A DNA stretch of 64,000 nucleotides from an uncultured virus (IMG/VR IMGVR_UViG_2891407665_000020) (lineage: Duplodnaviria; Heunggongvirae; Uroviricota; Caudoviricetes): the IMG/VR virus record IMGVR_UViG_2891407665_000020, one strand, 5' to 3'. Below are positions 1 through 9,713 of this stretch, one piece after another. The translations under genes were made by a program, and so were the position numbers. The notes under the pieces were generated by a model, which was not told where the DNA came from, made no database searches, and saw nothing but the letters and a program-made list of their open reading frames with translations. Numbering within the stretch: position 1 is the first letter of the stretch; every line of letters begins with the position of its first letter.

Positions 1-1
1 C

Positions 2-568
2 CCTGAAGGGCAGATCATGGGGTATATTTCCAATGAGCTAACTATCGCGGAGGACGCGGCACGGTATCTTATTAAGAAATACCACAGTTATCTGCCGGAT
101 ATTGTGGCAGCTGTGAATACGCTGAAACAGTTTAGCTTTGTGGATAAGCAAATTGCCAAACGCTACTCCCCGGAAGCAAACCCTCTAGCACTTTATGAAC
201 TTGTTGGCTACCTTATAGGGTACAATTCCCGCATTACGTATAATGAGGCAGTCCATATTGTTTACAATTACAGATACGGCAGCGCGCACTTACTTACTTA
301 TTTGTCTGAGACACTTATGCAGTATGTGTTGGTGTACGAACAGATTGAACTTGGGCTGCTAAGTGCAGAGAATGTCACAGAATTTAAACGGGGCGCTAGC
401 ATAAATGAGATAAAAGATTTGAATAGCTATCAAATCCTTCGGATGATTGATAGCTATTCGTCTGTTTCAATGGAAAAACTGTGGTATGTCTATCTAAAGG
501 TTAAAAGCATCAAAAAAGACAGGTATTCCCTGTATAAATTAATTTACTTATTGAAGTTAGGCAAGTAA
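2..568 (+). CDS. DNA polymerase III delta (HolA)-like clamp-loader subunit, 5'-truncated by the window edge
   Basis: The frame is open upstream of the ATG at 17. ELTIAEDAARYLIKKYHSYLPDIVAAVNTLKQF...LALYELVGYL follows the HolA domain II/III pattern (I..dAa..L....g.dl..l..el.kL...iF.l.dal). The C-terminal LWYVYLKVKS...SLYKLIYLL also fits. Confidence 0.5.
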   Translation, partial: PEGQIMGYISNELTIAEDAARYLIKKYHSYLPDIVAAVNTLKQFSFVDKQIAKRYSPEANPLALYELVGYLIGYNSRITYNEAVHIVYNYRYGSAHLLTYLSETLMQYVLVYEQIELGLLSAENVTEFKRGASINEIKDLNSYQILRMIDSYSSVSMEKLWYVYLKVKSIKKDRYSLYKLIYLLKLGK

Positions 569-578
569 GGAGGTTGTC

Positions 579-1538
579 ATGGAGTTTATTGAGTTATTAA
601 CTGTAACAACAGAAAAAGGGGAAGGCGTTTTACTGGAAGAATGCGGCAGGCAGTACGGGCAGCTGCGCGGGATATACGTATACCTGAGCGAAAAAGATTA
701 TGCTTCTGTGCATGATTATATTGACTCTAATATAAGCAGGGCTGAAAACTGCAAGTCTAATTTTAAGAAGCAGCCCGCTGTGATTATGGGGATGTTACTA
801 ACCATGCTCGGTTATAAGAGTTATACAGAGTATGTGGTACAACGCCTTGGCGGACTAGATAATACTCTCGAGTATGCGAAAGGCATTCGGGAAATCGATC
901 GATTTTTAGATGAGGATGATTCTGATGACGCAGTCGCTGACGAGGAATTTATGGAGTATTTAAAAAACAGGGAGGCACATGGTACCGAAGAGGGTGTGGA
1001 CGGAACTGATTGTCATGGAAATGAAGCAAGTATTAGCGTGGAGCATGTCAGTACCGGTAAGAGTGGCAGCATGGATGTGTGCGATAATGGGGAATGCGAT
1101 AGCACTGAGGAAAGCGATAACGGGGAAGCCATCGCTGATGCTGGCACAGGCAGCAATAACCAGCCGGCAGGGCAGGAATACTGCAGTACAACAGATTCTT
1201 ATAAGGATAATGAATTTGCGGCTCAAACTGCTACTGAGCCATGTAAATCTTATAAAGAAAGTAACAGTGGGGATAGAGCCAGTAATTCTAAAATCGAAGA
1301 GTACCTTGAGAAGCTCTTACGCATAACAGAAAGCACACTTGCACTTCTGCAGAACCGTTCTGATACCACAGAAGATGGCGAGAAAACAGAAAGCAGCCAG
1401 TTGGGGGATACGGATGCTGATGTTATAAAAAGCGCACTGCTTAAGGCGCTTGATAGGGCAGACCTGGAAGATGTTTTCTATACAGGTTCCGATTTATTGA
1501 ACGATATCCTAGCATTAATAGAGGAGGTGATTCTGTGA
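579..1538 (+). CDS. Hypothetical protein with a long acidic disordered central linker
   Basis: 319-aa ORF, AGGAGG RBS, D/E/S/G-rich middle. Confidence 0.8.
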   Translation: MEFIELLTVTTEKGEGVLLEECGRQYGQLRGIYVYLSEKDYASVHDYIDSNISRAENCKSNFKKQPAVIMGMLLTMLGYKSYTEYVVQRLGGLDNTLEYAKGIREIDRFLDEDDSDDAVADEEFMEYLKNREAHGTEEGVDGTDCHGNEASISVEHVSTGKSGSMDVCDNGECDSTEESDNGEAIADAGTGSNNQPAGQEYCSTTDSYKDNEFAAQTATEPCKSYKESNSGDRASNSKIEEYLEKLLRITESTLALLQNRSDTTEDGEKTESSQLGDTDADVIKSALLKALDRADLEDVFYTGSDLLNDILALIEEVIL

Positions 1539-2176
1539 GCAAGAAAGACCGGGAGAGTTTTTATATTCTAGGTTTCATTCTAGGGATGATTGCAATCTGT
1601 TTAGTGGTGCGTTATAGCGCAAAATTTATTAATCCCTTGTACCTTGGCATTTTTGCTGTAATTGTACAGGTATTTATTATAATGCCGCGCATCGCTAAGA
1701 TGTATTACAAGATTATGGGCGCAGACCTTGGGTTTCAGGCTTATGTTCCGATTTATAATGAGCTGGCTATTTACAGTCCGGTGATGGCGAATGTGTCCCT
1801 TGTGATTTGGCTATTGGACGCCCTTATTCTAGGAATGAGCTGTATAGAAAATAGTGTATACGAATCTATACTCGGGATGCACGCTGCGTTTAATATTACG
1901 CACTCCCTTATCTGGGCTGCCATACTGGTGTACCTTGTGCAATGCCTGGTGCGCGGTATAGCAATGTGCCAGGTTTCATCTGTCGTATACAGAAAACGTG
2001 CTGAGTTTTATCAAGCGCCAAACAAGACTACGGTATTCAGGGTGTTACAGCTCTTCTTGTATTTTATACCGTTTATCCGTGTGTACTCTTTTTGTGTACT
2101 CTTTGATAAGTTGTACACCATGACAAAAGTCAGCCATTACAAAGAACGAAAACAATATTCTATGGAGGAAGAATAA
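1535..2176 (+). CDS. Polytopic membrane protein
   Basis: About 5 hydrophobic segments; AYVPIYN and FIPFIR motifs reminiscent of DUF5684-type membrane proteins; GTG start with GAGGAGG RBS. Confidence 0.75.
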   Translation: MSKKDRESFYILGFILGMIAICLVVRYSAKFINPLYLGIFAVIVQVFIIMPRIAKMYYKIMGADLGFQAYVPIYNELAIYSPVMANVSLVIWLLDALILGMSCIENSVYESILGMHAAFNITHSLIWAAILVYLVQCLVRGIAMCQVSSVVYRKRAEFYQAPNKTTVFRVLQLFLYFIPFIRVYSFCVLFDKLYTMTKVSHYKERKQYSMEEE

Positions 2177-2760
2177 TGGAAAGAGTTGAGAAAATTGCAA
2201 TTAAGAAAAGTAATAAAGACAATGAAGAAGCTGTTAAGGAGAATGTGGTGGAAGGTAACAAATGCATCAGCTGCGCCGGGATAACAGGGGTACAGATACC
2301 GACGATACCTGTCACGGTTGATGCGTATGTCATCAAGGAGATATACGATAACTCAGGAAGGTTTAGTGATATTCTAAATCATTGCTTCAGTGAATACGGG
2401 AAATGCGTGTTACCACTTTCCTTTACGAGAATCCCGCACCAGGTGGTCAGCATTGAGGGTTATAGATTCTTTGAGTTTGAGGGCGTGAAATACGTGTACC
2501 CTGAGCAGATTAACCCTGCAGTTATTTCAGAGTGGGAAGCAAAGATCAGTGATTGCATTACACAGGGTAATGCTTTCCATGTTGAGCTTACGCACAGTTC
2601 TGATTTATTCGGAAAAGGGAAGCAGGAATTTCTGATAACCCCGCTTGAGTGGTCTACACTCGCAGCAGAGTTTAGTAAATACAATGCAAATGTGATTAAG
2701 GCTGGGGATACAAACTGTCTGCACTTGACCGTGGAGGGTTTATGCCTTGGAGAAAAATGA
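2176..2760 (+). CDS. Hypothetical protein
   Basis: 194-aa ORF, TAATG coupling, GGAGG RBS. Confidence 0.75.
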   Translation: MERVEKIAIKKSNKDNEEAVKENVVEGNKCISCAGITGVQIPTIPVTVDAYVIKEIYDNSGRFSDILNHCFSEYGKCVLPLSFTRIPHQVVSIEGYRFFEFEGVKYVYPEQINPAVISEWEAKISDCITQGNAFHVELTHSSDLFGKGKQEFLITPLEWSTLAAEFSKYNANVIKAGDTNCLHLTVEGLCLGEK

Positions 2761-3112
2761 AGAGAATCTTGTAGATGATTTGGGAATTACCGAAATCGAT
2801 GACAGTGAATACAGCGCCCTTCAGCAATCCGATAAGCTTGTTTATCCATCGCTTGTTATTGAAGGCGTGATTACGGTTGAGGAGTTAAGCTTTTTCGCAA
2901 GGCGTAAGTTTAATGCCCGGGTTTCCCTGCCAATGTATGTCAAGCATTGTGGGATTACAAAAAAGATTGGTTCGCTTGATATGACAATGGATGCATTCCA
3001 AGGCATAGCGGCCATTGCCAGGTACCGTGTTGTGTTATGGAAAACGCCAACAGATAGCGTAGTGCTGGATTTGGAGAAACCTGATACATTCATAAAATTA
3101 ATAAAACTTTAG
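2747..3112 (+). CDS. Hypothetical protein
   Basis: 121-aa ORF, TTG start with GGAGG RBS. Confidence 0.7.
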   Translation: MEKNEENLVDDLGITEIDDSEYSALQQSDKLVYPSLVIEGVITVEELSFFARRKFNARVSLPMYVKHCGITKKIGSLDMTMDAFQGIAAIARYRVVLWKTPTDSVVLDLEKPDTFIKLIKL

Positions 3113-3122
3113 GAGGAACAGT

Positions 3123-3290
3123 ATGTTTGGAGATTTAACACCTGGAAAAATGATTGTTGTTGTTGGTATACTTTTGCTTATTTTCCTGGGAGGCAGGGGT
3201 AAAGGTAATGGGGCAAGGAAAGGTGGGACAGGCAATAGCTCAAGTTCGGTTTCTAGAAGCACACCGCCATCCACCCCGCCAATGGCATAG
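3123..3290 (+). CDS. Small single-pass membrane protein (55 aa, TatA-like N-terminus), not in the ORF track
   Basis: AGGAGG at 3111-3116, ATG at 3123. Translates MFGDLTPGKMIVVVGILLLIFLGGRGKGNGARKGGTGNSSSSVSRSTPPSTPPMA*. Confidence 0.75.
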   Translation: MFGDLTPGKMIVVVGILLLIFLGGRGKGNGARKGGTGNSSSSVSRSTPPSTPPMA

Positions 3291-3298
3291 GTGCCGAG

Positions 3299-3592
3299 AT
3301 GCTTTATTGTGTGACGCCCTTTGTGGTTATTATTAGCATTATTACGTTTTTCAGCTTCGATGCATTTTTCTTGGACAGTAACTCTGAGAAGCTGCTGTAT
3401 GCAGAAGATTCCTACAACCCTAAAGATGCAAAGGCACAGCCCGTCAAAGAAAAGGCTGCGGATACGGAGGACGATATACTGAATGAATATAGCGATGCTG
3501 AGATAAGGCAGGCATCGGAGTATGACCAGGCTGTTGCTGGTGAAGCTGAAGAACTTTTAAAAAGGATATATGAAGGTGGAAAAGGTGAATAA
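3299..3592 (+). CDS. Small membrane-anchored acidic protein
   Basis: N-terminal hydrophobic helix followed by an acidic soluble tail, 97 aa. Confidence 0.7.
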   Translation: MLYCVTPFVVIISIITFFSFDAFFLDSNSEKLLYAEDSYNPKDAKAQPVKEKAADTEDDILNEYSDAEIRQASEYDQAVAGEAEELLKRIYEGGKGE

Positions 3593-4034
3593 ATACGAAC
3601 GTTCTATACTATTTGTGCCGCAGGTAACAAAAGCTCTGGCATTAGTTATCTGCGGGCTGAACCTGGTGGCGCCCCTGTACAGGGGATTTGCGTGGCATTT
3701 CTCAGTCTTCCAAATACTGGCTGTTGCTATTTGGATTTTTGCAGCGCTGACTGCCACCGGGCATTTTTGTAAAAATTTGCATACGGAACAGGATGGCATG
3801 ATGCTCTATGAACAAAATCTTTCGCCTGTTGTAATCCTGATTGGGCTGAATAGGATTATTGAAGTGGCATACTATTTCCTCTTTAGGCGTGTGAATATCC
3901 AATGGGCTATGATTGGTTTTCTAGTGGTGGTCGATGTGTTCTTTTTAATCTTTTTATATGTAGATAAGATGCATTATGGGTATGCCAAAGAAATAACGAC
4001 GGAGGAGAACTTTGATGTTGACAAAAATTACTGA
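3570..4034 (+). CDS. Four-TM membrane protein (start may be GTG at 3585)
   Basis: Four hydrophobic segments in a 154-aa ORF. Confidence 0.75.
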   Translation: MKVEKVNKYERSILFVPQVTKALALVICGLNLVAPLYRGFAWHFSVFQILAVAIWIFAALTATGHFCKNLHTEQDGMMLYEQNLSPVVILIGLNRIIEVAYYFLFRRVNIQWAMIGFLVVVDVFFLIFLYVDKMHYGYAKEITTEENFDVDKNY

Positions 4035-4854
4035 CGATGGGTTATACTTGGATGTTGCGCAGTTGTCTGTGGGTTGCGATTATAAGAAAGTATGCCTGGT
4101 GCGTGATGTGAAATCTGGAATGACAGTTTATCAGGATGGGTACTACACCTTTTATGTAAAAGACTGCAATGCGAATATTATTGCCGCACGTCTATTCAAC
4201 CCTAAAGATTTCCTGGAGGACGGGTTCGATGCAATGTACTTAAAGGGTAAGCCAGTGCAGATGGAATTTACTGCACAAATCTACAACGGTTCCTGGTCAT
4301 GCATAGTGCATTCGATATCAGTGTATACCGGCGATTTTGATTTTGCAAGATTTTATGGGATAGCGCCCGCTGTGGACTATGAGTTTTTAAACAAGGTTTA
4401 CAGCCACCCTGTTACGCCAAACTTTTATAGTGGAAAACGCCTTTCTGCATTCTGTGACGGGCGGGTAGATGGGGTAGCTAAGATCTTTGAATCAGCCACA
4501 CGTATACTGATGAACTATGCTGGAGTTATTGATTCTGACAGGCTTTTTAAGGATTTCAATAAAGCTTTTGACAGCTATGTTAGATACAAGCAGCAGGAAG
4601 AGAACTTCGGTTTAGCAACAGCAGAGGATGTGGTAAAGCTGCTCCAGCCATTGCTGTTAGAGGATGACAGCGGGATTATCATAGAGGCGTTCTATGCTTT
4701 GATTGGAATGCAGGAACCGAAGAATTTGTATGCACATGCTATTGCAGATGCCGTGGGTATGGCGATCAAGATGTTCCATTTAATCTATCTTGAAAAGGCA
4801 ATGCCTTGCGGTTCCACGCTACAGTTTGATGGCGGGATATTGGTTAAATACTAG
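4012..4854 (+). CDS. YhaM/Cbf1-like OB-fold protein with a degenerate HD domain
   Basis: N-terminus (LSVG...CLVRDVKSGMT..DGYYTFYVKD...IAARLF...GKPVQMEFTAQIYNG) follows the YhaM OB fold. The C-terminal half resembles the HD region but lacks the HH and HD residues. Confidence 0.55.
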   Translation: MMLTKITDDGLYLDVAQLSVGCDYKKVCLVRDVKSGMTVYQDGYYTFYVKDCNANIIAARLFNPKDFLEDGFDAMYLKGKPVQMEFTAQIYNGSWSCIVHSISVYTGDFDFARFYGIAPAVDYEFLNKVYSHPVTPNFYSGKRLSAFCDGRVDGVAKIFESATRILMNYAGVIDSDRLFKDFNKAFDSYVRYKQQEENFGLATAEDVVKLLQPLLLEDDSGIIIEAFYALIGMQEPKNLYAHAIADAVGMAIKMFHLIYLEKAMPCGSTLQFDGGILVKY

Positions 4855-4876
4855 AGGTCAACATCTCTAGTATTTA
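4845..4876. terminator. Inverted repeat / probable intrinsic terminator
   Basis: TAAATACTAGAGGT-caac-ATCTCTAGTATTTA, overlapping the stop codon. Confidence 0.55.
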
Positions 4877-4919
4877 TTATAGTATACAGGGTTAAACCCG
4901 GAAAGTAGAGGATGCAAGA

Positions 4920-6158
4920 ATGTTTGATGAAATTGCGTACTGTTATCTAAATACAGTATTCGTGGATAGCCAAGGGCGGATACTCGCCTACGAGTTATCG
5001 ATGTCTGATAAGGCATTTACGGACACCTTTAGCTATCTGGCCTCTGAAGACGAAATAAAGTCTTTATACAGGACACTGAACGCACGTTTCAACTTTGCAT
5101 TTAAAGATGGATACCTTAAATGCAACCAGGTGAAACGTTCTTTAGTGAACAACCTTATAATGGAGAATCTAGGCAAGAAGATTGTGGGTAGTAAGGAGAA
5201 ATATTACACGTTATACAGCCTTTTGGAAGAGGGGATAAGTGATAATTTTATGCTCCTTGCAGACAGGTATGCGGAGGCAGGGAACACAATTAATGGATTT
5301 GGCGCGACAGAGTTTTTAAACGTTAAATTCAGTTCCTCTACTATGTCTGTATATTTTAATATTTTAACGGACGATGGGCTGGAAAATAAGCATATTATCT
5401 GCATGGAGGATTATAAGCTTTCCGCTAAGCCTTTCTTTTTTGCAGTACCAACCACAAAGCGCTTTAGTAAGGATGGCTCTGGTGGGATAGAGAACCTTGG
5501 CAATATTGTTATTAACAATGTCGAGTATGTCCTGTACAGGGCATCAGAAATCCTGATATACGATCTGGATGCTTATGTATCCGCAGGTTTGATAAACAGG
5601 GCGAGCATCGATGTCGCAAAGACACAGAATGCGCTGAATATACTGGCGGATTACAGGAGTTGTATGTGCAAAGCTCTTTATGAGGAAAGGGATGCTGGTA
5701 GTGTGCCATGGTCTGGAGGAACAGGGTCTTATGAATCCTGTTTTGGTGTTTTCTATAGGGCAGACATGGAAATTCTCAGTAAGAAAAGACGCCAAAAGGT
5801 GTTGGATATTGTGTTGAATGGTATTGTGTCAGAGTGCAAAAACTCAGGCCTTGAGGGTGCAGCTGCTAGGGTAAAGGAATTGGCTTTTTCCTATGAGGAG
5901 AAAGTGGCAAGCATTGCCTTATTGAATGTAGCAATGCGCGTAAGCTCACTGAAGGACGCAATCTTTTTAGCAGATAAGGCAATTTTATGCCATAAAGCAA
6001 AAAATGTGTCTGCTAATCTGTTTTTATACAAAGCCCGCTCCAGGGCATACCTGAAGAAAGAGGGATATGCCACGCTGTTAAATCCAATAATAACGGGGTC
6101 GGATGAAGCGATAAGTACAATTGCAACGGAGGTATTTTATTATGATAATCTTATCTGA
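4920..6158 (+). CDS. Hypothetical protein
   Basis: 412-aa ORF with GAGG RBS; no motif recognised. Confidence 0.8.
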   Translation: MFDEIAYCYLNTVFVDSQGRILAYELSMSDKAFTDTFSYLASEDEIKSLYRTLNARFNFAFKDGYLKCNQVKRSLVNNLIMENLGKKIVGSKEKYYTLYSLLEEGISDNFMLLADRYAEAGNTINGFGATEFLNVKFSSSTMSVYFNILTDDGLENKHIICMEDYKLSAKPFFFAVPTTKRFSKDGSGGIENLGNIVINNVEYVLYRASEILIYDLDAYVSAGLINRASIDVAKTQNALNILADYRSCMCKALYEERDAGSVPWSGGTGSYESCFGVFYRADMEILSKKRRQKVLDIVLNGIVSECKNSGLEGAAARVKELAFSYEEKVASIALLNVAMRVSSLKDAIFLADKAILCHKAKNVSANLFLYKARSRAYLKKEGYATLLNPIITGSDEAISTIATEVFYYDNLI

Positions 6159-7266
6159 GATTTTATCAAGTTCACAGAAATTCATGAGTGCAGGTGAATG
6201 CTCTATTATCATAGATGGTAAATTTCTATCTATGCAGTCATCCCTTGTTTATGCACAGATGGATGATGATAATGTATGCTATTACACGAAGACCACGAGC
6301 GATAATATTCAGCAGAAAATTATGCTGGATGATAGCACAATGGAGAGTAAATATGCAGAGCCGTTCTTCTGCGGGAAGTATTACTCTTTTATACCTTCCG
6401 TAACAAAGGATAACCTTGGCGTCGATGTAGATTCGGAACTCAAAATTATTTTCATTGAAACATTCATGTACAAAAAGATACGGGAGCTGATAGTCAATGA
6501 CACGTACCATGACGCAACCATGCTAGTGAAAGGCACGGAGCAGGTAATCAGTAATGAAGATATTACTGAGATGGTGAATCGTTTTAAAAGCAAGGCCTAT
6601 AGGAACTATTTAGAAACAGCCTACACAGGCAAATTTCTGAATAGGATTGTAAAGGCACGCGGAAATGCATTCTACAGCATACTGCGCTGCTTCGTGCCTG
6701 TAGCTATAGAGTGCAAATATTTGTACAATCCACTACTGGACAACCCTGCAATTAATTTTAAGTCAACAAGATTGTATGCGGATGCCGAGCAGAAAGGAAG
6801 GCATATGGAAATCTTGCCGAATGGCGTCCTGTCTACGATGTTGGCTACACATAACGAGATCTGTGAATCTCTTGGGATGAGTTATATGGTGCGGTTTACG
6901 CCACAGTTCCTGTATGAACTTATTGTAGGTTTTTACACGCAAGGCGATGCTGACTTCCCCAATGTAAACACCAAAGTGTGGAGGGCAACTTCGAGGAATT
7001 ATGCAGAATATGGATTGCGGCCGTACTACAGCATGTTGCAGCTTGCGGCTTTGCTGGATAGTTATAAAGATAAAACAGGCGAGTCACAAGAGAGTTCAGA
7101 TACTTTGGAATTTTTAAGTTCTTATACGGAGTCCGACAGTTTATGGTGCGCCATAGACAGGTACCGCTTAAAGCTTATCCATTATGGTGCACACGTATTG
7201 GATAATAAGCTCAGCTGTACAACAAATGCACTATACAACTACCTGTCAAAGGCTTCATTGTTTTAG
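6142..7266 (+). CDS. Hypothetical protein
   Basis: Long ORF; ATG at 6142 follows GGAGG (the track starts at 6121). Confidence 0.8.
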   Translation: MIILSEILSSSQKFMSAGECSIIIDGKFLSMQSSLVYAQMDDDNVCYYTKTTSDNIQQKIMLDDSTMESKYAEPFFCGKYYSFIPSVTKDNLGVDVDSELKIIFIETFMYKKIRELIVNDTYHDATMLVKGTEQVISNEDITEMVNRFKSKAYRNYLETAYTGKFLNRIVKARGNAFYSILRCFVPVAIECKYLYNPLLDNPAINFKSTRLYADAEQKGRHMEILPNGVLSTMLATHNEICESLGMSYMVRFTPQFLYELIVGFYTQGDADFPNVNTKVWRATSRNYAEYGLRPYYSMLQLAALLDSYKDKTGESQESSDTLEFLSSYTESDSLWCAIDRYRLKLIHYGAHVLDNKLSCTTNALYNYLSKASLF

Positions 7267-7277
7267 GAGGGGATGCT

Positions 7278-8135
7278 ATGGATATTTATTACGATTTGGA
7301 ACCAAGAGAAGATATTGGAGTGTGCATGGGTAAAAGGAACAAAGCGAGAACTCATTTGGACGTTTGTAATGGAGTGCTGTGCGATAAAGCGCTCCATAAT
7401 AATTTTGATCTATGGCTACAGTATGAGTTATTTGCGGCTGTGAAAGAGGATGATTTTTCTTTTTTAAATTCTGTTGGCGCCGGGGAGCTTGCCATTGCGA
7501 TTCAACAGGAGTACAACGTAGTGAAACTCGTTTACCCAGGCAGTTTAGGGCTTGCAATGGTCATAAAAAAGAGATTCAGGGAAATTGCGGAAGGATGCAT
7601 TTATAAGAGCTTGCAGCAGGTATTTCTAAACGCTAAAGATAGTGCAAGTCAAGAGGATATTACTCTTTTGGATGTTTCGGAATGCGATATAACGAATGCA
7701 GAAATAAAGGGACTACCAGAGTTAGTGATGCTTATGCACCCTGCATACACAGGCTATGATAATGGGGGTATCCGTTATAAAACAGATTCCTTTTTCCTTG
7801 AGTGTGAATTTTCCCTTCGAAGTATGCAGTCCTCAGAAATAAACTGCATTGCAGGATATTATAAATTCATGAATATGATGGCGCTTGCTAATGGGGCGCG
7901 TTTCAGCAGGGAGTTCTGCGGTGAAGTGTATGATGGCGCCAGGAGAGACTTTGTATACAAATGCACGGATGCATTCATGATATACGCATTGTTCAGCAGT
8001 GGTTATAATAAAGGCGAGAGTATGAGTGAGCGCCTGCTTGACCTGTCCAGGAAAGCAATACAGGCTGTCCGGCAGGACGGGATGGCGGAGATAGGAAAGA
8101 TGTTTAGCGAGGTGAACTTCTATGAAATTAATTGA
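7278..8135 (+). CDS. Hypothetical protein
   Basis: 285-aa ORF, AGGAGG RBS. Confidence 0.8.
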   Translation: MDIYYDLEPREDIGVCMGKRNKARTHLDVCNGVLCDKALHNNFDLWLQYELFAAVKEDDFSFLNSVGAGELAIAIQQEYNVVKLVYPGSLGLAMVIKKRFREIAEGCIYKSLQQVFLNAKDSASQEDITLLDVSECDITNAEIKGLPELVMLMHPAYTGYDNGGIRYKTDSFFLECEFSLRSMQSSEINCIAGYYKFMNMMALANGARFSREFCGEVYDGARRDFVYKCTDAFMIYALFSSGYNKGESMSERLLDLSRKAIQAVRQDGMAEIGKMFSEVNFYEIN

Positions 8136-9084
8136 GAAAAAGCTGATACAAAACTACTATGAGACGCACGGTTCATTCGACCGTATAACAACAACTGAAA
8201 CAGGTGTGCTGTTGCAGGACATAGAATCTGTAATGGAAGAATGCTATAAGATTTTAGGATATAAACCCTGCAGCGGGTATACGGCAAAGCAATGCCATGA
8301 TATACGGATTGCAATAAAAAAGGAAGATTTAACATTTTTGTACGATGTACTTGGTGTAGTAAACCTACAGGAAGCTCTTGAAAAGGCACAAGGGCTGGGG
8401 ATTATACAAGAACGCGAAGACAGCGATAAGTCACCTTTCCGGTACAACCACTCGTTGGAACGTTACAGTAGCGTGCTGGCCCGGTATTTTAGGATAACAA
8501 AAGATATTATCCAGTTTCGGACAGCCATTCCCTTATGCTATGCTATAGATAGTTTAAAGACAGAACCTAAGAAGCTTTTAAAGAATATAAAAGCTATCTA
8601 TGAAGGCAATCAGAGTCTAGTTAAGTTTTGCAATGATGGAAGTTCCCCTTATGTTTATAAAGGTGTTTTTCATGTAAACCGCAATTTCTCTGACAAGGAG
8701 GAAAAGACGGTCATACTTGACGCACTGAAACTGGCAACGGGGCTTTCACTTGGTATTAATTCGGAGATTGTGAAATCTCCTTATAAGTTTGCAATGCTGC
8801 CCTTTGATAATACAGAAGAGTATCTAGACTTGTTGGAAAAGGCAGAGGTTCTAAATACGACCTATGCCGGATTATTCTCTAGAATAGGCATAAATGTCCC
8901 TGATTATACGGGTATTTACTGTGCATTGAGGATTATCCCGGTCATCGCTTATGAGAAAGTGTTCTTTTTTACTGAAGAGTCCACAGAAGAGGCCCCCTTA
9001 GCAAAAACAGAGCTTTCCAGTTTCAAGCTGCTGCTCAGTAATATGATGGCGGGAGGTGCGGAAAATGCAGTATGTGCTGTTTGA
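8122..9084 (+). CDS. Hypothetical protein
   Basis: 320-aa ORF, GAGGTG RBS, overlaps both neighbours. Confidence 0.8.
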   Translation: MKLIEKKLIQNYYETHGSFDRITTTETGVLLQDIESVMEECYKILGYKPCSGYTAKQCHDIRIAIKKEDLTFLYDVLGVVNLQEALEKAQGLGIIQEREDSDKSPFRYNHSLERYSSVLARYFRITKDIIQFRTAIPLCYAIDSLKTEPKKLLKNIKAIYEGNQSLVKFCNDGSSPYVYKGVFHVNRNFSDKEEKTVILDALKLATGLSLGINSEIVKSPYKFAMLPFDNTEEYLDLLEKAEVLNTTYAGLFSRIGINVPDYTGIYCALRIIPVIAYEKVFFFTEESTEEAPLAKTELSSFKLLLSNMMAGGAENAVCAV

Positions 9085-9712
9085 CGTGGAAACCACAGGC
9101 CTTTCCAAATACGATGAAGTGATCCAGTTCTGCTGTTTTATTATGGATGGGCAGCTGCACAGGTGCAGTAATATGGTTGATTTTTATAGTATGTCAACTC
9201 AGCCAATTACGCAGGGCGCTTTGCAAAAACACCATGTTACGCTTGGGAGGTTGCGTGAATTGTCCAAGGGCGTCTTTTTTGAGGAGAGCTTTTACAAACT
9301 TGCCAAGACCTTTGAACGGGACTGTACGTTTATTTATTTCAGTTCTTCCAATTTTGATACTCGCCTTGTCAACCAGACTCTCCAGAACGCAAATCTCCCA
9401 GCTTATAATTTCGGCGACCGCATTAACACTTTGAGGAGTGTGGAAGGCCATCATTGCTTTGACCTGCAGTCGGCGGTTTCAAAATACTATGGGATTCCAG
9501 GTGGAAGAGTAAGCCTTGAAAAAGCGGTAAACCTTGTAACAGACGGGAATGTGAATTTAGTAACTCAGAGATATAAGAATTTCAATAAAGTGATTTCAGC
9601 AAAAAACAAAGAGTTGGCCTGCTCAGAAGAATTATTATTCCATAATGCAAGATTTGACGCATTTGTGTTGTGGTATATTTTACATAAGATAGGAGATTCG
9701 TTTGTAACCTGA
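9065..9712 (+). CDS. DEDDh 3'-5' exonuclease (DnaQ/epsilon-like)
   Basis: Exo I FDVETTGL..DEVIQ, Exo II NFD, Exo III HNARFDA; GGAGG precedes the ATG at 9065. Confidence 0.88.
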   Translation: MQYVLFDVETTGLSKYDEVIQFCCFIMDGQLHRCSNMVDFYSMSTQPITQGALQKHHVTLGRLRELSKGVFFEESFYKLAKTFERDCTFIYFSSSNFDTRLVNQTLQNANLPAYNFGDRINTLRSVEGHHCFDLQSAVSKYYGIPGGRVSLEKAVNLVTDGNVNLVTQRYKNFNKVISAKNKELACSEELLFHNARFDAFVLWYILHKIGDSFVT

Positions 9713-9713
9713 T

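Noticed and set aside
3154..3336. 60-aa ORF in the track
   Set aside because: No RBS; the overlapping frame 3123..3290 has AGGAGG and a coherent TM sequence.
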